From: Rickettsiales bacterium
GTDB taxonomy: Bacteria > Pseudomonadota > Alphaproteobacteria > Rickettsiales > UBA6187
NCBI GenBank assembly: GCA_040507985.1
Contig: JBEVNR010000012.1
Location: 32,202-96,201, forward strand
Length of the DNA: 64,000 nucleotides
Direction of reading: 5' to 3'
In this document: positions 19,907 through 30,496 of the stretch, piece by piece
How positions within the stretch are numbered: the first letter of the stretch is position 1
Layout of the letters: every line of letters starts with the position of its first letter
Position numbers and translations under genes: made by a program
Notes under the pieces: generated by a model
The model's database searches: none
Seen by the model: only the letters and a program-made list of their open reading frames with translations
What the model was told of the DNA's origin: nothing

Positions 19907-20049
19907 ATTTTTTGCAGTCGCGACTTTTATGTCGAGGCGCCATCGTTAAAACGGCGGCCGGATAAAAAACCGTCCACCTTTTTCATGATTTGGTAGCAAA
20001 TATCCGGTAGCGGTAAGATATGGTTATGACATATTAAGGAAGCTCCTGC

Positions 20050-21744
20050 ATGCATGCTGCGGACGACGCCCGACGCGGCGCGTTTTCTTTCGTTTGCGCC
20101 CCCTTGTACCGCCTGCCGGAATTGACGGCGAAACGTTTTTGCGATCGTCCGGCGCTGGATTTCTTCGGGAAAAAAACGACGTACGGCATGCTTGCCGCCG
20201 ACATTTGCCGCTATGCCGCCGCGCTTGCGCATATAGGAGCGAAAAAAGGCGACCGCATTATTTTGGCGACGCCCAATTGTCCGCCCGCCGTTGCCTTTTA
20301 TTACGCCATATTGCGCGTCGGCGGAACGGTGGTGAACCTCAATCCCGCCTCCGCTCCGCACGAGGCGGCCCGCATTCTCGCCCTTAGCGAGGCGAAGTTC
20401 GCCGCGACCGTCAACATAAGGCGCGTCACCGACATGCTGGGCGAGGCGTGCGCCCTCGCCGGCGACGCGTGCCGCATACAGAAAATATTGACGGAAGATT
20501 TCACCGAACGCTTGCCGTTTGGAAAAAAATATGCGTTCCGCATTCTCAAATCGGGCGAATTGATCCCGCCGCATCTGTGCCAAGGCACGTTCTTCGCCAT
20601 GCGGCACGTGCCGAGGCGCGCGCCGGTTCCTCCCTCGGCGTCGATCGATCCCCGCCGCGACGTCGCCGCGCTGCAATATACCGGCGGCACGACGGGCGCA
20701 TGCAAGGGAGCGATGCTTACCCACGCCAATTTATACGCGAACGCCGCGCAATCGGCGCAACGCATGGATTTCCTGAAGGAGGGAGGCGAAACCGTGGCCG
20801 CCGTCCTGCCGTTCTTTCACGTCTTCGCCATGACCGCCATCCTGAATACGGGCGTCTATAAGGGGCTGTGCATCAAGTTATATCCCCTGCCGAACGTGGA
20901 ATCCTTATGCAAGGACGCGCGCGCCGGCAAGATAACCGTGTTGCCGGGCGTGCCGAACCTTTTCGCGAAGATGGCGCAATATTGCGCCGCGCGGCACGTC
21001 GACCTTTCCTCGCTCGTCTGCGCCGTCTCGGGCGGCGCGCCGCTTTCGGGCGCCGTGAAGGAAGAATTCGAGCGCTTTACGGGCGCCTATGTTATGGAGG
21101 GGTACGGACTCACCGAAGCGTCGCCCGTCGTCGCGCTGCACCCCTATCGACCTGCCGGAGGGGATAGGCCCGGTTCATCCGGCCTGCCCCTGCCCGGAAC
21201 GGAAATACGCATATGCGCGTTGTCGGAGGGCGGAGGCGTTGCGTCCGATTTGCGCGTCGGGGAAACCGGCGAGATTTGCGTGCGCGGCCCGCAAGTGATG
21301 GCGGGATACGACAAGAGCGATGCGTGCGACGAAAGCAACGCATTAGGGCCGGATGGCTGGCTGCGCACCGGCGATCTGGGCTATCTCGACCGCGACGGCT
21401 ATCTCTACGTGGTCGGAAGGCGCAAGGAGCTTATCATCGTCTCCGGATTTAACGTGTACCCGCGCGAAATCGAGGAATTGCTGTGCGTGCGCGACGACGT
21501 GGCGGAGGCCGCCGCCGTGGGCGTCTCTTGCTCGCGAACGGGTCAGGCCGTCATGCTGTTCGTCTCTCCCGCTCCGGGGAAAAATCCGACCGAAAGCGAC
21601 ATATTCGCCTATGTGGAAGAGCGGCTTAGCCGCTACAAGCTTCCCCGTCGGATCGTGTTTTTAAAGGAACTGCCGAAAACCCCGTTGGGCAAGCCGGATA
21701 AAAAGCGGTTGTGCGCGGAATTGGAAGAGATAAAGAGCAAGTAA
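20050..21744 (+). CDS. fadD: Long-chain fatty-acid--CoA ligase (AMP-binding)
   Basis: LQYTGGTTGACKG, EGYGLTEASP, GWLRTGDLG, SGFNVYPREIE, LPKTPLGK. Confidence 0.9.
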   Translation: MHAADDARRGAFSFVCAPLYRLPELTAKRFCDRPALDFFGKKTTYGMLAADICRYAAALAHIGAKKGDRIILATPNCPPAVAFYYAILRVGGTVVNLNPASAPHEAARILALSEAKFAATVNIRRVTDMLGEACALAGDACRIQKILTEDFTERLPFGKKYAFRILKSGELIPPHLCQGTFFAMRHVPRRAPVPPSASIDPRRDVAALQYTGGTTGACKGAMLTHANLYANAAQSAQRMDFLKEGGETVAAVLPFFHVFAMTAILNTGVYKGLCIKLYPLPNVESLCKDARAGKITVLPGVPNLFAKMAQYCAARHVDLSSLVCAVSGGAPLSGAVKEEFERFTGAYVMEGYGLTEASPVVALHPYRPAGGDRPGSSGLPLPGTEIRICALSEGGGVASDLRVGETGEICVRGPQVMAGYDKSDACDESNALGPDGWLRTGDLGYLDRDGYLYVVGRRKELIIVSGFNVYPREIEELLCVRDDVAEAAAVGVSCSRTGQAVMLFVSPAPGKNPTESDIFAYVEERLSRYKLPRRIVFLKELPKTPLGKPDKKRLCAELEEIKSK

Positions 21745-21754
21745 GTTTCTAAAC

Positions 21755-21778
21755 TAGACCTCTTGCATAACCCTATCT
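21755..21778. mobile_element. Possible remnant terminus of a MITE/RPE-like element
   Basis: TAGACCTCTTGCATAACCCTATCT resembles, from memory, the end of Rickettsia palindromic elements. Only a degenerate partner (TTTATGCA near 21838). Confidence 0.35.
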
Positions 21779-21962
21779 AGGGCCAATCTAACGCCAACGG
21801 CGCGAAAGGCGGCGGGATGCGTTTTATTTTTTGTTTTTTTATGCACAGCATTACCAAAAAACACCTATGTAAGGAATGCCTCCGTATGTAATTAAGCCAT
21901 GTCCCGCATGCTTATATACGTTGTTGTTGATAAAAAGCGCCTTGCCAAGGATATTTCCTTGC

Positions 21963-22826
21963 TTAGGAAAGGACCGTTAATGCGCGAGAGGTTTTGTCTT
22001 TACTTTTCTTTTGTAAAGCCGATTGGCTTATAACCAGCCCCGTTATGCCTAGGGCGCCTCTATCGAATAGATTCGGGCCTCTTAGAACGGTCCGCAATAT
22101 CCTCGTTCCAGAATACCATCTCCTTTTGAAAGGCGTTGCCGGGTTAGCCTTTTTCAGTAGTCTAAGCATGTCATGATTGGAACGTTTGGTCACGTCGTGG
22201 GATGCATTATCATCAATGACGGGCTGTTCTTCCTCCTCCTCGATAGGTGCGGCAGGAGCTTTTTCCTCAATGACGGCGGAGATAGCTGCTTCCTGAGGGG
22301 CAATTTTTACTTCGGACGGAAAGAATGGCCTAAAAACCTGAAGCGGAACGACGCTAACGGCAGAACTTTGCTCTAGCGTCGAAACGAAGTCCTTGAACCA
22401 AGGTTGCTCGTCATCAAATCCCTCAGCCATGGAGATATGGAAGGCGCCTTCTTTATTCGCCTTTTCAATTTGTTGCAGTAGCTTAAGAAAGCCGGAACGC
22501 TCATCTTCCGAGGGCTGCCAAGGAGGAAAAGCGATGACGCAATAGTGATTCCCGGAGGAAGGGCCATACTGTTCCCATAAGAGCGACATATTCTCAAAGA
22601 AGGTACGAGGCAGGGCTGAATTCTCCGAATCCGGAAGTTCTACTTCGCCCAATTCGCTTTTATCCACTCTGCCTATGGTAATCAGGTATCGTGCAATATT
22701 GCCCGCCACCGCATGTCGCCATTCATCCGAGCCACAGCTTTCATCAATCAAACAACAATAACCTCCGGATGATTTCTTTGGAAGATACGCCTGTAAGTCG
22801 TGGGGTTTTCCGGAGTAGGAAGCCAT
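21963..22826 (-). CDS. Orphan hypothetical protein (287 aa), acidic linker and basic C-terminus
   Basis: Longest ORF in a visibly less GC-rich interval; AT-rich upstream region. Confidence 0.65.
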   Translation of the reverse strand: MASYSGKPHDLQAYLPKKSSGGYCCLIDESCGSDEWRHAVAGNIARYLITIGRVDKSELGEVELPDSENSALPRTFFENMSLLWEQYGPSSGNHYCVIAFPPWQPSEDERSGFLKLLQQIEKANKEGAFHISMAEGFDDEQPWFKDFVSTLEQSSAVSVVPLQVFRPFFPSEVKIAPQEAAISAVIEEKAPAAPIEEEEEQPVIDDNASHDVTKRSNHDMLRLLKKANPATPFKRRWYSGTRILRTVLRGPNLFDRGALGITGLVISQSALQKKSKDKTSRALTVLS

Positions 22827-23119
22827 ATCGCAAATAATAACGGACGAAAGAAAAGCGATTTGGTCAGATTCGGATGAGGAAAGAGAGGAACGATCAGAGA
22901 GGAGCGCATAAACTAAGCAGAATTTAATAGTTATTATATTATTTCTTGGTTAAGCAATCAACCGCAAAAACCTAATCAACAAAAATATTATAAATTTTAA
23001 CTTGTATAAACCTTCAGCAGCTTAGCGTCAATCGTGGGGGTTGCTTAATATAGGTTTGCCTTTTGGCGCTAACTTTCGTATTCTGCCGTTCCGGAATGAT
23101 CGGAAATAAGGAGATTTCG

Positions 23120-23890
23120 TTGTCGTTCGTTAGCGCCATCGGTCGCGTGACCCTAGGTTTCGCCGCCGGCGTGGGGGCGTTCGTCCTGTTTGTGGCGGAC
23201 GGCCTAAGCCATGCGTTTCGTCCTCCCTTTTATTTTCGCCGCTTCGCGGCGCAATGCCTGCATGTCGGTTTTTACTCGCTGCCCATGGTGGGCATGACGG
23301 CGCTGTTTACCGGCGCGGTGCTGGTGCTGCAAAGCTACACCGGGTTTTCGCGGTTTAACGCCGAAAGCTCCATCGCCGCCGTGGTGGTCATTTCCATCAC
23401 GCGCGAGCTTGGCCCCGTGTTGGGAGGATTGATGGTGGCGGGAAGGATCGGCGCGGCCATTGCGGCGGAAATCGGAGCCATGCGCGTGACGCAGCAAATC
23501 GACGCGCTGACCACGCTCTCAGTGCATCCCATGAAATATCTGGTGGCGCCGCGCCTGCTGGCCGGGGCCTTGTGCCTGCCGCTGTTGGTGGCGGTCGCCG
23601 ACGTGGTCGGCGTGATGGGCGGCTGGCTGGTGGGCGTGTATAAGCTGGGGTTTTCCTCCGGAAGCTACTTGACCAACACGTTTCATTACGTCGAGGCGTC
23701 CGACGCGCTCTCCGGCTTGGCCAAAGCCTGCGTTTTCGGCCTTATCATCGCCTCGGTCGGGTGTTATCAGGGATATAGGGCGGAAAAAGGCGCCGGCGGC
23801 GTGGGGCTTGCCGTCATGCAGGCCGTCGTACAGGCGTCGGTGTTGATATTGGCGTCGAACTATCTGCTGACGGAACTGTTTTTTAAATAG
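23120..23890 (+). CDS. mlaE: MlaE family ABC permease
   Basis: RELGPVLGGLMVAGRIGAAIAAEIGAMRVTQQIDAL, GGVG motif. TTG start after AAGGAG. Confidence 0.93.
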   Translation: MSFVSAIGRVTLGFAAGVGAFVLFVADGLSHAFRPPFYFRRFAAQCLHVGFYSLPMVGMTALFTGAVLVLQSYTGFSRFNAESSIAAVVVISITRELGPVLGGLMVAGRIGAAIAAEIGAMRVTQQIDALTTLSVHPMKYLVAPRLLAGALCLPLLVAVADVVGVMGGWLVGVYKLGFSSGSYLTNTFHYVEASDALSGLAKACVFGLIIASVGCYQGYRAEKGAGGVGLAVMQAVVQASVLILASNYLLTELFFK

Positions 23891-24637
23891 GTGCGACACA
23901 TGCGGGCGCTCGTTGACGACGCGTATAAATCATACGGCCAAAAAAAAGTGCTGCAAGGCGTCTCGTTCGAGATTCCGTCCGGCTCCTCGCTGGTGGTGAT
24001 CGGAGGTTCCGGCAACGGCAAGTCGGTGCTGATGCGCTGCATGATCGGGCTGGAGAAGGCCGACAAGGGCCGCATCGTCATCGACGACGTCGAGGTGAAC
24101 GGAACGAAAGGCAATGTGTATGCCGCGCTCATGCGGCGCATCGGGGTGCTTTTTCAGGCCGGCGCCTTGTTCGATAGCCTGCCGGTGTGGAAAAACGTCG
24201 CGTTTTCTGCCATCCACCACGACGGAGCAAGCAAAAAAGAGGCGCTCGCGCTGGCCCAAGCAACGCTCGAAGAGGTGGGACTGGGCAAAGAAGCGTTGTT
24301 TTTATCGCCGGCGGAACTGTCGGGCGGCATGCAAAAGCGGGTGGCGCTCGCCCGCGCCGTGGCCTCGAAGCCGGAGCTTATTTTTTTCGACGAGCCGACT
24401 ACCGGCCTCGACCCGATCATGTCCGAAGTCATTAACGGATTAATCGTCAATTGTCGTAAAAAATTGGGCGCGACCACCTTCACCATCACCCATGACATGC
24501 ATTCGGCGAAAACCATAGCCGACCGCGTCGCATGGCTGCATGACGGCGTCATTAAGTGGCACGGCGCGCCGGACGAACTGAAAAATGCCCAAGATCCTTA
24601 TTTGCAAAGCTTCTTGAGCGGCGCCGGCGGGGCGTAA
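23891..24637 (+). CDS. mlaF: MlaF family ABC ATPase
   Basis: Walker A GGSGNGKS, LFQAGALFDSL, LSGGMQKRVALARA, FDEPTTGLDP. Confidence 0.93.
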   Translation: MRHMRALVDDAYKSYGQKKVLQGVSFEIPSGSSLVVIGGSGNGKSVLMRCMIGLEKADKGRIVIDDVEVNGTKGNVYAALMRRIGVLFQAGALFDSLPVWKNVAFSAIHHDGASKKEALALAQATLEEVGLGKEALFLSPAELSGGMQKRVALARAVASKPELIFFDEPTTGLDPIMSEVINGLIVNCRKKLGATTFTITHDMHSAKTIADRVAWLHDGVIKWHGAPDELKNAQDPYLQSFLSGAGGA

Positions 24638-24689
24638 TCCCCGCCAAAGCGGGATAGCAGTCCACATTGAATCATTTTAATGCGACATT

Positions 24690-25499
24690 TTATCCGAACT
24701 TTCCGCCGACATAGTCGCGCGTCTCCTTTCGGGCGGCCTTTCCCCCGAAAATATTGGCGGTTTTGTCGAATTCCATCAATTCGCCCATGTGAAAAAATCC
24801 CACATAGTCAGACACGCGTTGGGCCTGGCTCATGGAATGGGTGACGACCACGATGGCGAATTTTTCCTTAAGCTCGCTCATCAATTCTTCGATCACTTTG
24901 GTGGCGATGGGATCCAGCGCCGAACACGGCTCGTCCATCAGCAGCGCCTCCGGCTTGACGGCAATCGCTCGGGCGATGCACAAGCGCTGTTGTTGGCCGC
25001 CGGAGAGATCGGTGGCGACGCTTCTTAGCCTGTCCTTCACCTCCGGCCACAACCCCGCGCGGCGCAAGCTGTTTTCCACCACGTAGTCGAGCGCGTCGCG
25101 CCCGTCGCAAATGCCGTGAATGCGCGGCCCGTAGGCCACGTTGTCGTAAATGCTTTTGGGAAAGGGGTTAGGTTTTTGGAACACCATGCCGACGCGCGCG
25201 CGAATCATCGATCCGTCCACCGATGGGCCGTACATGTTTTCGTCGTCGAGCAGCACGCGCCCTTCGACGCGACACCCGGGAATATAGTCGTTCATGCGGT
25301 TGAGGCAGCGCAGAAACGTGGATTTTCCGCATCCCGACGCGCCGATCAGCGCGGTGACGCTTTTAGCGGCGACGTCCATGCTTACGTTGCTAAGCGCGAG
25401 CTTGTCGCCGTACCGCACGTTTAAATCGCGGATTCTCATCTTGGTTTTCGTTCCGGGAACAAGTCCGGGAACGGGAAGGGCGGAAGAAAGGGCGGCCAT
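24690..25499 (-). CDS. pstB: Phosphate ABC transporter ATP-binding protein
   Basis: [51 protein letters not shown]. Start trimmed to ATG 25499. Confidence 0.96.
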   Translation of the reverse strand: MAALSSALPVPGLVPGTKTKMRIRDLNVRYGDKLALSNVSMDVAAKSVTALIGASGCGKSTFLRCLNRMNDYIPGCRVEGRVLLDDENMYGPSVDGSMIRARVGMVFQKPNPFPKSIYDNVAYGPRIHGICDGRDALDYVVENSLRRAGLWPEVKDRLRSVATDLSGGQQQRLCIARAIAVKPEALLMDEPCSALDPIATKVIEELMSELKEKFAIVVVTHSMSQAQRVSDYVGFFHMGELMEFDKTANIFGGKAARKETRDYVGGKFG

Positions 25500-25525
25500 A
25501 TGTTTTCCTTGCGTATGTAACGATG

Positions 25526-25912
25526 TTATTCCCGCTCCAGCTTCTTCAGGGCGACGTCGATGCGCGACGCCTCGTCGAATCCCTTGTCGAAGGCCAGCGT
25601 AATTTTTGGCGTGTATTTCGTTTGCAACTCCTTCGCAATCAGGCGACTGCATTCGGCGGCGCATTCGGCAAGCGCTTTCTCGAACTCGCGCGTCGGCTCG
25701 ATCCCGAGCGGCGCGACGAACGCCTTGGCGGTGCGCAAGTCCGGCGCGACCTTCACGTGCGAGACGGTGAGCGGCGCGCTCGCGAACCCTTCCGGCACGA
25801 CGTCGCCCCGCAAGAAAGCGGAGGAAAGTATCTCTTTAATGCGCCTCGCCACCCTATCCGGGCGCCGTCCGTCGCCTTTTTGCTTCTCTTTAATAATGTT
25901 CCGGTAGTGCAT
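25526..25912 (-). CDS. rbfA: Ribosome-binding factor A
   Basis: [44 protein letters not shown]. Confidence 0.9.
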   Translation of the reverse strand: MHYRNIIKEKQKGDGRRPDRVARRIKEILSSAFLRGDVVPEGFASAPLTVSHVKVAPDLRTAKAFVAPLGIEPTREFEKALAECAAECSRLIAKELQTKYTPKITLAFDKGFDEASRIDVALKKLERE

Positions 25913-25933
25913 AAGGTTTCCGTAAAAAAGACG

Positions 25934-27130
25934 TTAGACGTTGACGTGGTCGCGCACCCCGGCCGCAAACAGCAGGGTAATGGCCGAGGTGAGCATCGAC
26001 ATGACGAAGACGGTGAAGGTTTTTTTCAGGCGCTTGGGCTTGGTGGAAATCTCCGGCGCCTTCGGCTCGATGACGCGCACGATATATTTGCTTTTGCGAT
26101 GGGCGTTGACCATCGCCGCCTCGTAGGAGGTAAGCGCAATTTCATAGCGCTTGAGCGCGAAGTCTTGCCGCATCGACAGTTTTCCGTATTCTTGCATGAC
26201 GTCCGAAAGAGGCTCGACGCGCGACCCCAATAGCTTCTCGCGCTGCGCGTCGATGGCGTCGGTGAGCGCCGCAATCTTAATTTTCATTTGTTTCACCTCG
26301 AACGCCCTGTCGCTGAGCGTTTCGCGCAAGGCCGCTAATTCCGCGTTTAACTTAATCTTATCCACTTCCAATTGTTGAATAAATCTAAATAAGCCCGATC
26401 CGCTTTTTTCGGGATCGAGGTTGTTGTTGCTTTTGCGAAAGCGATTAATTTCGTCCATGGCTTCCACCACGCGGTTTTCCGCCTCCTTCAATTGTTTTTG
26501 GTCGAACGCCACGTCGTCGTTGCGAATGCGCGTCATCATGTCGTTCATGAAAGATTCGGTAACGTCGAGCACGGCCTTGGCGATGCGCTGCGCGTCGGCG
26601 GGAGCGAAGGCGCTCACCTCCAGATCGATAGTGCCGGCGTCTTGGTTCAGCGTGATTTTTATCATGCCGCGATAATAATCAAGAAAATCTTCCTCCGTCG
26701 CGCCTTCCTTCAAACGGGCGATCGCGTCGGCGCCGGGGCGGCGGTATATGTCTTTTAGCTCCAGGCGCTCGCTTAGCTTGGCGAGCAGCGCCGGCGATTC
26801 GATATAGTCCTTGACGATGAGCAAATCGCGCTTCTCTTGCGTGTCCATTAACCCGTACGCCGCGCCCACCATGCCCAAATCGATGTTTTTCTGCTCGGCG
26901 TACACCGAAAACGAGGTGAGCGACACATACTGGTCGGACGCGACGAAGGCGTAATATATTCCCGAGACGAGGGTGGGAAGCAGGGTCGCCGCCACGAAGA
27001 ATCGAAAATACCCGTTTTTAAAAAGCGCGCTCCAGCGAAACTTGCTGTGTTCCGATTGTAAAATCGACGGATCGGAAGCGGCGGGAGCGTTTCCCGCCGA
27101 AGGTTCGACGGGCAAGGCGGCGTCGGGCAT
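25934..27130 (-). CDS. Capsular polysaccharide export inner-membrane protein (KpsE/CtrB/RkpR family)
   Basis: Two terminal TM helices, ASDQYVS, VKDYIES, AFAPADAQRIA, long coiled coil, P-x-x-P-E-x-S-x-x-P-K-R. Confidence 0.85.
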   Translation of the reverse strand: MPDAALPVEPSAGNAPAASDPSILQSEHSKFRWSALFKNGYFRFFVAATLLPTLVSGIYYAFVASDQYVSLTSFSVYAEQKNIDLGMVGAAYGLMDTQEKRDLLIVKDYIESPALLAKLSERLELKDIYRRPGADAIARLKEGATEEDFLDYYRGMIKITLNQDAGTIDLEVSAFAPADAQRIAKAVLDVTESFMNDMMTRIRNDDVAFDQKQLKEAENRVVEAMDEINRFRKSNNNLDPEKSGSGLFRFIQQLEVDKIKLNAELAALRETLSDRAFEVKQMKIKIAALTDAIDAQREKLLGSRVEPLSDVMQEYGKLSMRQDFALKRYEIALTSYEAAMVNAHRKSKYIVRVIEPKAPEISTKPKRLKKTFTVFVMSMLTSAITLLFAAGVRDHVNV

Positions 27131-27143
27131 GAAAGAGGGTTTC

Positions 27144-27806
27144 CTACGATAGCGTTACGGTAATGGCAAGCGCGTTTTCTTCGTAACGCGGCTCAATGCG
27201 CGCGCCCGCTTTTCGGCATAGCGACGCGAGGGTGGAGGCCGCGAGGTTTTTATAAGTCGCGCGCGGAAGCGGGAAGTCCGGTTGCGTCGCGGCGTCGAGC
27301 GTGGCACGCTCTTCGGCGTCGAGCATAAAGGCCCGTCCTTCGGCCCGCATGACAAATATTTTTCCCTCCGCGCGAAACGTCACGCGCGCCTTTCGGGGAA
27401 ACGCTTTATGGACGATAAGCGCAAAGGCCAGCGCCGCCTTGTCGGCGTATGGGGGAAAATGCGAAAACGCCGCGTCGCCTTCCGGTTCGATTACCTCGAA
27501 ACCGCGCAAATAGTGGCGCACGAGCGCAACGGTAGCGTAAAAATCGGATTCGGATTCGGCGCCCACGCCGAAGAGCTTGCGAAAGACACGCAGGCGCGCG
27601 GAGGCGTCCTCGGCGCTGATTTTCAACAATTCGACGGAAGAGGCGCGCATGGAATCGTCGTCCGCATGTTCCGCTAAAATTTCCGCCCCGTTCGCGAAGG
27701 CGCTCACCAGTCCGGCCAGGTCGTGGCATAGCCGTGTGGCGACAAGCTCCGAGACGGGCGCCCCTGCGTTGTTGTCAGCCTCCGCCGACGCGTTTCTTGA
27801 CGTCAT
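27144..27806 (-). CDS. chpT: Histidine phosphotransferase ChpT
   Basis: LVATRLCHDLAGLVSAFANGAEIL and ARLRVFRKLFG match the ChpT signature. Confidence 0.85.
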   Translation of the reverse strand: MTSRNASAEADNNAGAPVSELVATRLCHDLAGLVSAFANGAEILAEHADDDSMRASSVELLKISAEDASARLRVFRKLFGVGAESESDFYATVALVRHYLRGFEVIEPEGDAAFSHFPPYADKAALAFALIVHKAFPRKARVTFRAEGKIFVMRAEGRAFMLDAEERATLDAATQPDFPLPRATYKNLAASTLASLCRKAGARIEPRYEENALAITVTLS

Positions 27807-27925
27807 ACGCCCCCCCCTTCGCCGCGTTTATCGTCGCTTCCGGCGTAAAATTACGCAGAAACCGCTTGCAAACATACCGGCGTCGTCGGTAAAAGTATAG
27901 AAAAAAGGCGAGCCGGTCACATAGC

Positions 27926-28762
27926 ATGAAAGCGACGTTATTGCAGTTAAACAGCGGAAACGACCTTGTCGCGAACGTCGCTGCCGTGCGCGACATGGCG
28001 GCGAGGGCGGTTGAACGCGACGCGCCGAACGTCGTTTCCATGCCCGAAAACGCTTTCATGATGCCGGGAAGCCCGCAAGAATTATTTGACGCCGCCATGC
28101 CCGAAGCGTCGCACCCCGCCGTGCTCGCCATGCGCGAGCTTGCCGCCGATAAAGGCGTGTGGATACATATCGGCGGCGTGGCCGTGCCGTCCCCGACCGC
28201 GCCCGGCAAATGCGCCAACCGCACCTTGCTTATTTCTGCGGAAGGAGAGGTTGTCGCGCGATACGATAAAATTCACCTCTACGACGCCTCTCCCGCCGGA
28301 GGGGAAAGCCATCGGGAATCGGCGCGCTTCTCTCCCGGGCGATCCGCCGTCGCCGTCGACGCGCCTTTCGGACGCGTCGGCCTCACCATTTGCTACGATT
28401 TGCGTTTTCCCGGCCTCTTCCGGCGATTGGCCCGCGAAGGATGCGCGGTCATTTTCGCTCCCGCCGCCTTCACCGCCTACACCGGTCGCCTGCATTGGGA
28501 GATATTGCTTCGCGCCCGCGCCGTTGAAACCGGATGCTTCATCGTCGCGGCGGCGCAAACGGGAGCACATCCCGCCGGACGGCACACGTTCGGGCATTCC
28601 ATGGTCGTCTCCCCCTGGGGCGAGATTATCGAAACGAAAGAGAAGGACGCCGGATTCCTTACCGTTGACATGGACCTATCCGAAACGGAACGCTATCGCG
28701 CGCAAATTCCCTCGCTCGCCTTAGAGGCGGAATACGACTTTGCGCTGACGGACGCGCGATGA
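27926..28762 (+). CDS. Carbon-nitrogen hydrolase (Nit1 / deaminated glutathione amidase type)
   Basis: Triad motifs MPEN, YDKIHL, ICYDLRFP; also HWEILLRARAVE and GHSMVVSPWG. Confidence 0.92.
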   Translation: MKATLLQLNSGNDLVANVAAVRDMAARAVERDAPNVVSMPENAFMMPGSPQELFDAAMPEASHPAVLAMRELAADKGVWIHIGGVAVPSPTAPGKCANRTLLISAEGEVVARYDKIHLYDASPAGGESHRESARFSPGRSAVAVDAPFGRVGLTICYDLRFPGLFRRLAREGCAVIFAPAAFTAYTGRLHWEILLRARAVETGCFIVAAAQTGAHPAGRHTFGHSMVVSPWGEIIETKEKDAGFLTVDMDLSETERYRAQIPSLALEAEYDFALTDAR

Positions 28763-29430
28763 ATGTAGAAGGCGTACGCCTAAACGAGTGCACGGATCGC
28801 CCCTTCCTATCGCTCGCCCTACGAAACGGGACGCTCGTCTCTCGCCTCGACCCGTTCGACAAGCCGAGTTTTCAGCGGCGATTGCGCAACGTCTCCCAAA
28901 AGGAAGCCTTCGCGCGGGCGCTGGGGTTAAAATCGTCCGCGCCGAAAACCGTTTTCGATATGTGCGGGGGAACGGGCGCCGACGCCGTTCTCATGGCCGA
29001 ATTCGGCGCGCGCGTGACGTGCTGCGAAAAACATCCCGTCGTTGCGACGTTGCTCGCCCACACGCTCGCCGCCATGAGGGAACGCGAGGAAGACGCCGAG
29101 ACGGCAAGCCGCATCGCGCTTTTCGTCGGCGACGCACGGGAGTGCGCCGAGCCGGAGGCGTTCGACGCGGCGCATATCGACGCCATGTTCCTCAAAAACG
29201 GCGCCGCCCTCGCCCATAAGGACATGCGCCTGCTGCAAGAATTAACCGAGGGCGAGCCGGACGAATCGCAAAGCCTGCTCGCCTGCGCGCTCGCGAAGGC
29301 GCCCCGCGTGGCCGTCAAGCGCGCGGCGTCGTCCTCGCCCCTGGCGCCGCCCTGTTTTTCGATCGAAGGAAAGGCGGTGCGATACGACGTGTACGTGCGG
29401 AGGAATGCGCGCATTTTTGAAAGCGGTTGA
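28759..29430 (+). CDS. rsmJ: RsmJ-like SAM-dependent methyltransferase (16S m2G1516)
   Basis: VFDMCGGTGADA, IDAMF, RVAVKR, GKAVRYDVY. ATGA overlap with the upstream gene. Confidence 0.75.
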   Translation: MNVEGVRLNECTDRPFLSLALRNGTLVSRLDPFDKPSFQRRLRNVSQKEAFARALGLKSSAPKTVFDMCGGTGADAVLMAEFGARVTCCEKHPVVATLLAHTLAAMREREEDAETASRIALFVGDARECAEPEAFDAAHIDAMFLKNGAALAHKDMRLLQELTEGEPDESQSLLACALAKAPRVAVKRAASSSPLAPPCFSIEGKAVRYDVYVRRNARIFESG

Positions 29431-29511
29431 AATGTCGTCGCCGTTAGGGTAATGTAAGAAGCGCGCTTTGCATAATTAAAGCGTAACCCAACCATTTCTG
29501 CATCGTTATTT

Positions 29512-30369
29512 ATGCGCGTTCGTTACGTGAAGTCCGACGGTTCCTCCGCCGGCATGTCGCTCATAGAGCTATCCATCACCATTACCATCATAGGCTTGCT
29601 GCTCGCGGCAACGCTGGGGGGTCTAAGCCTCGTGGCCTCCGCTAAAATAAAAAAACTCACGGCGGAGCTGACCTCCATGGAAGCCGCCGTCCGGGAATTT
29701 AAGGGTTCCTACCGCTTTTACCCCGGCGACGCGCCGGAGGCCGATAAATATTGGCCCGGGCCTTGCGCGAAGTTCGGATCGGGCGAATGCAACGGAAACG
29801 GCAACGGGAGCGTCGAGTTCACCGAACGCGGCGTCGCCCCCACCACCGCCGGCGAGCCGTACGAAGATTTAATGGCCCCGTTCCATCTCTCCGCCGCCGG
29901 CCTGATTCCCGGCAGTTATGGCGGAAGACCGACTTCGTCCGGGCGCTATTCGATAGGTTTGGACGATCCCGCCAAAGCGAACGCGCCCAATTCTGACGCC
30001 TTCCCCCAGGCGGGATTCATGATTCACGAGGAATACGACCCGGCAGGGGCGAAAACCATTTACGGCACGCGCGGCCATACGGTGCGCGTCGGATCGATCG
30101 TTACCTTGAGTCCTTCCTTGTCCGGCATGCCTTACGGCGGATTTATCGACGCCAAGCAAGCCTTCGCGCTCGACAAAAAAGCCGACGACGGCAAGCCCGC
30201 CTCCGGCCGCATCTACGCCCTTCGCGAATATGACGACTTAACCAACCCCGATACGCCGGAAGGATGCGTCACCAAAGAATGGTTTACCGAAGATAAGGAT
30301 TCGGTGGAATACGCCATGGCAAACACGTCGAAAAGTTGTTCCCTCGTTCTTTGGTTGAGTAAGATATAA
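29512..30369 (+). CDS. Prepilin-type N-terminal cleavage/methylation domain protein
   Basis: G|MSLIEL cleavage site with hydrophobic helix, YPGD, GNGNG, DKKADDG motifs. Confidence 0.88.
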   Translation: MRVRYVKSDGSSAGMSLIELSITITIIGLLLAATLGGLSLVASAKIKKLTAELTSMEAAVREFKGSYRFYPGDAPEADKYWPGPCAKFGSGECNGNGNGSVEFTERGVAPTTAGEPYEDLMAPFHLSAAGLIPGSYGGRPTSSGRYSIGLDDPAKANAPNSDAFPQAGFMIHEEYDPAGAKTIYGTRGHTVRVGSIVTLSPSLSGMPYGGFIDAKQAFALDKKADDGKPASGRIYALREYDDLTNPDTPEGCVTKEWFTEDKDSVEYAMANTSKSCSLVLWLSKI

Positions 30370-30496
30370 TAAATAAATTTTATTGGCTATATCGACGCTT
30401 TTATCAAAAAACATACGGATTTTTGCGTTGAAAAACGTGCGAAGGGCGATATAAAAACTCTTTGTTAACGTCTAACGCAGCTTAAGGAACGCGCGT

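Noticed and set aside
25500-25664. N-terminal extension of PstB in the ORF track
   Set aside because: It overlaps rbfA in another frame and has no PstB-like sequence.
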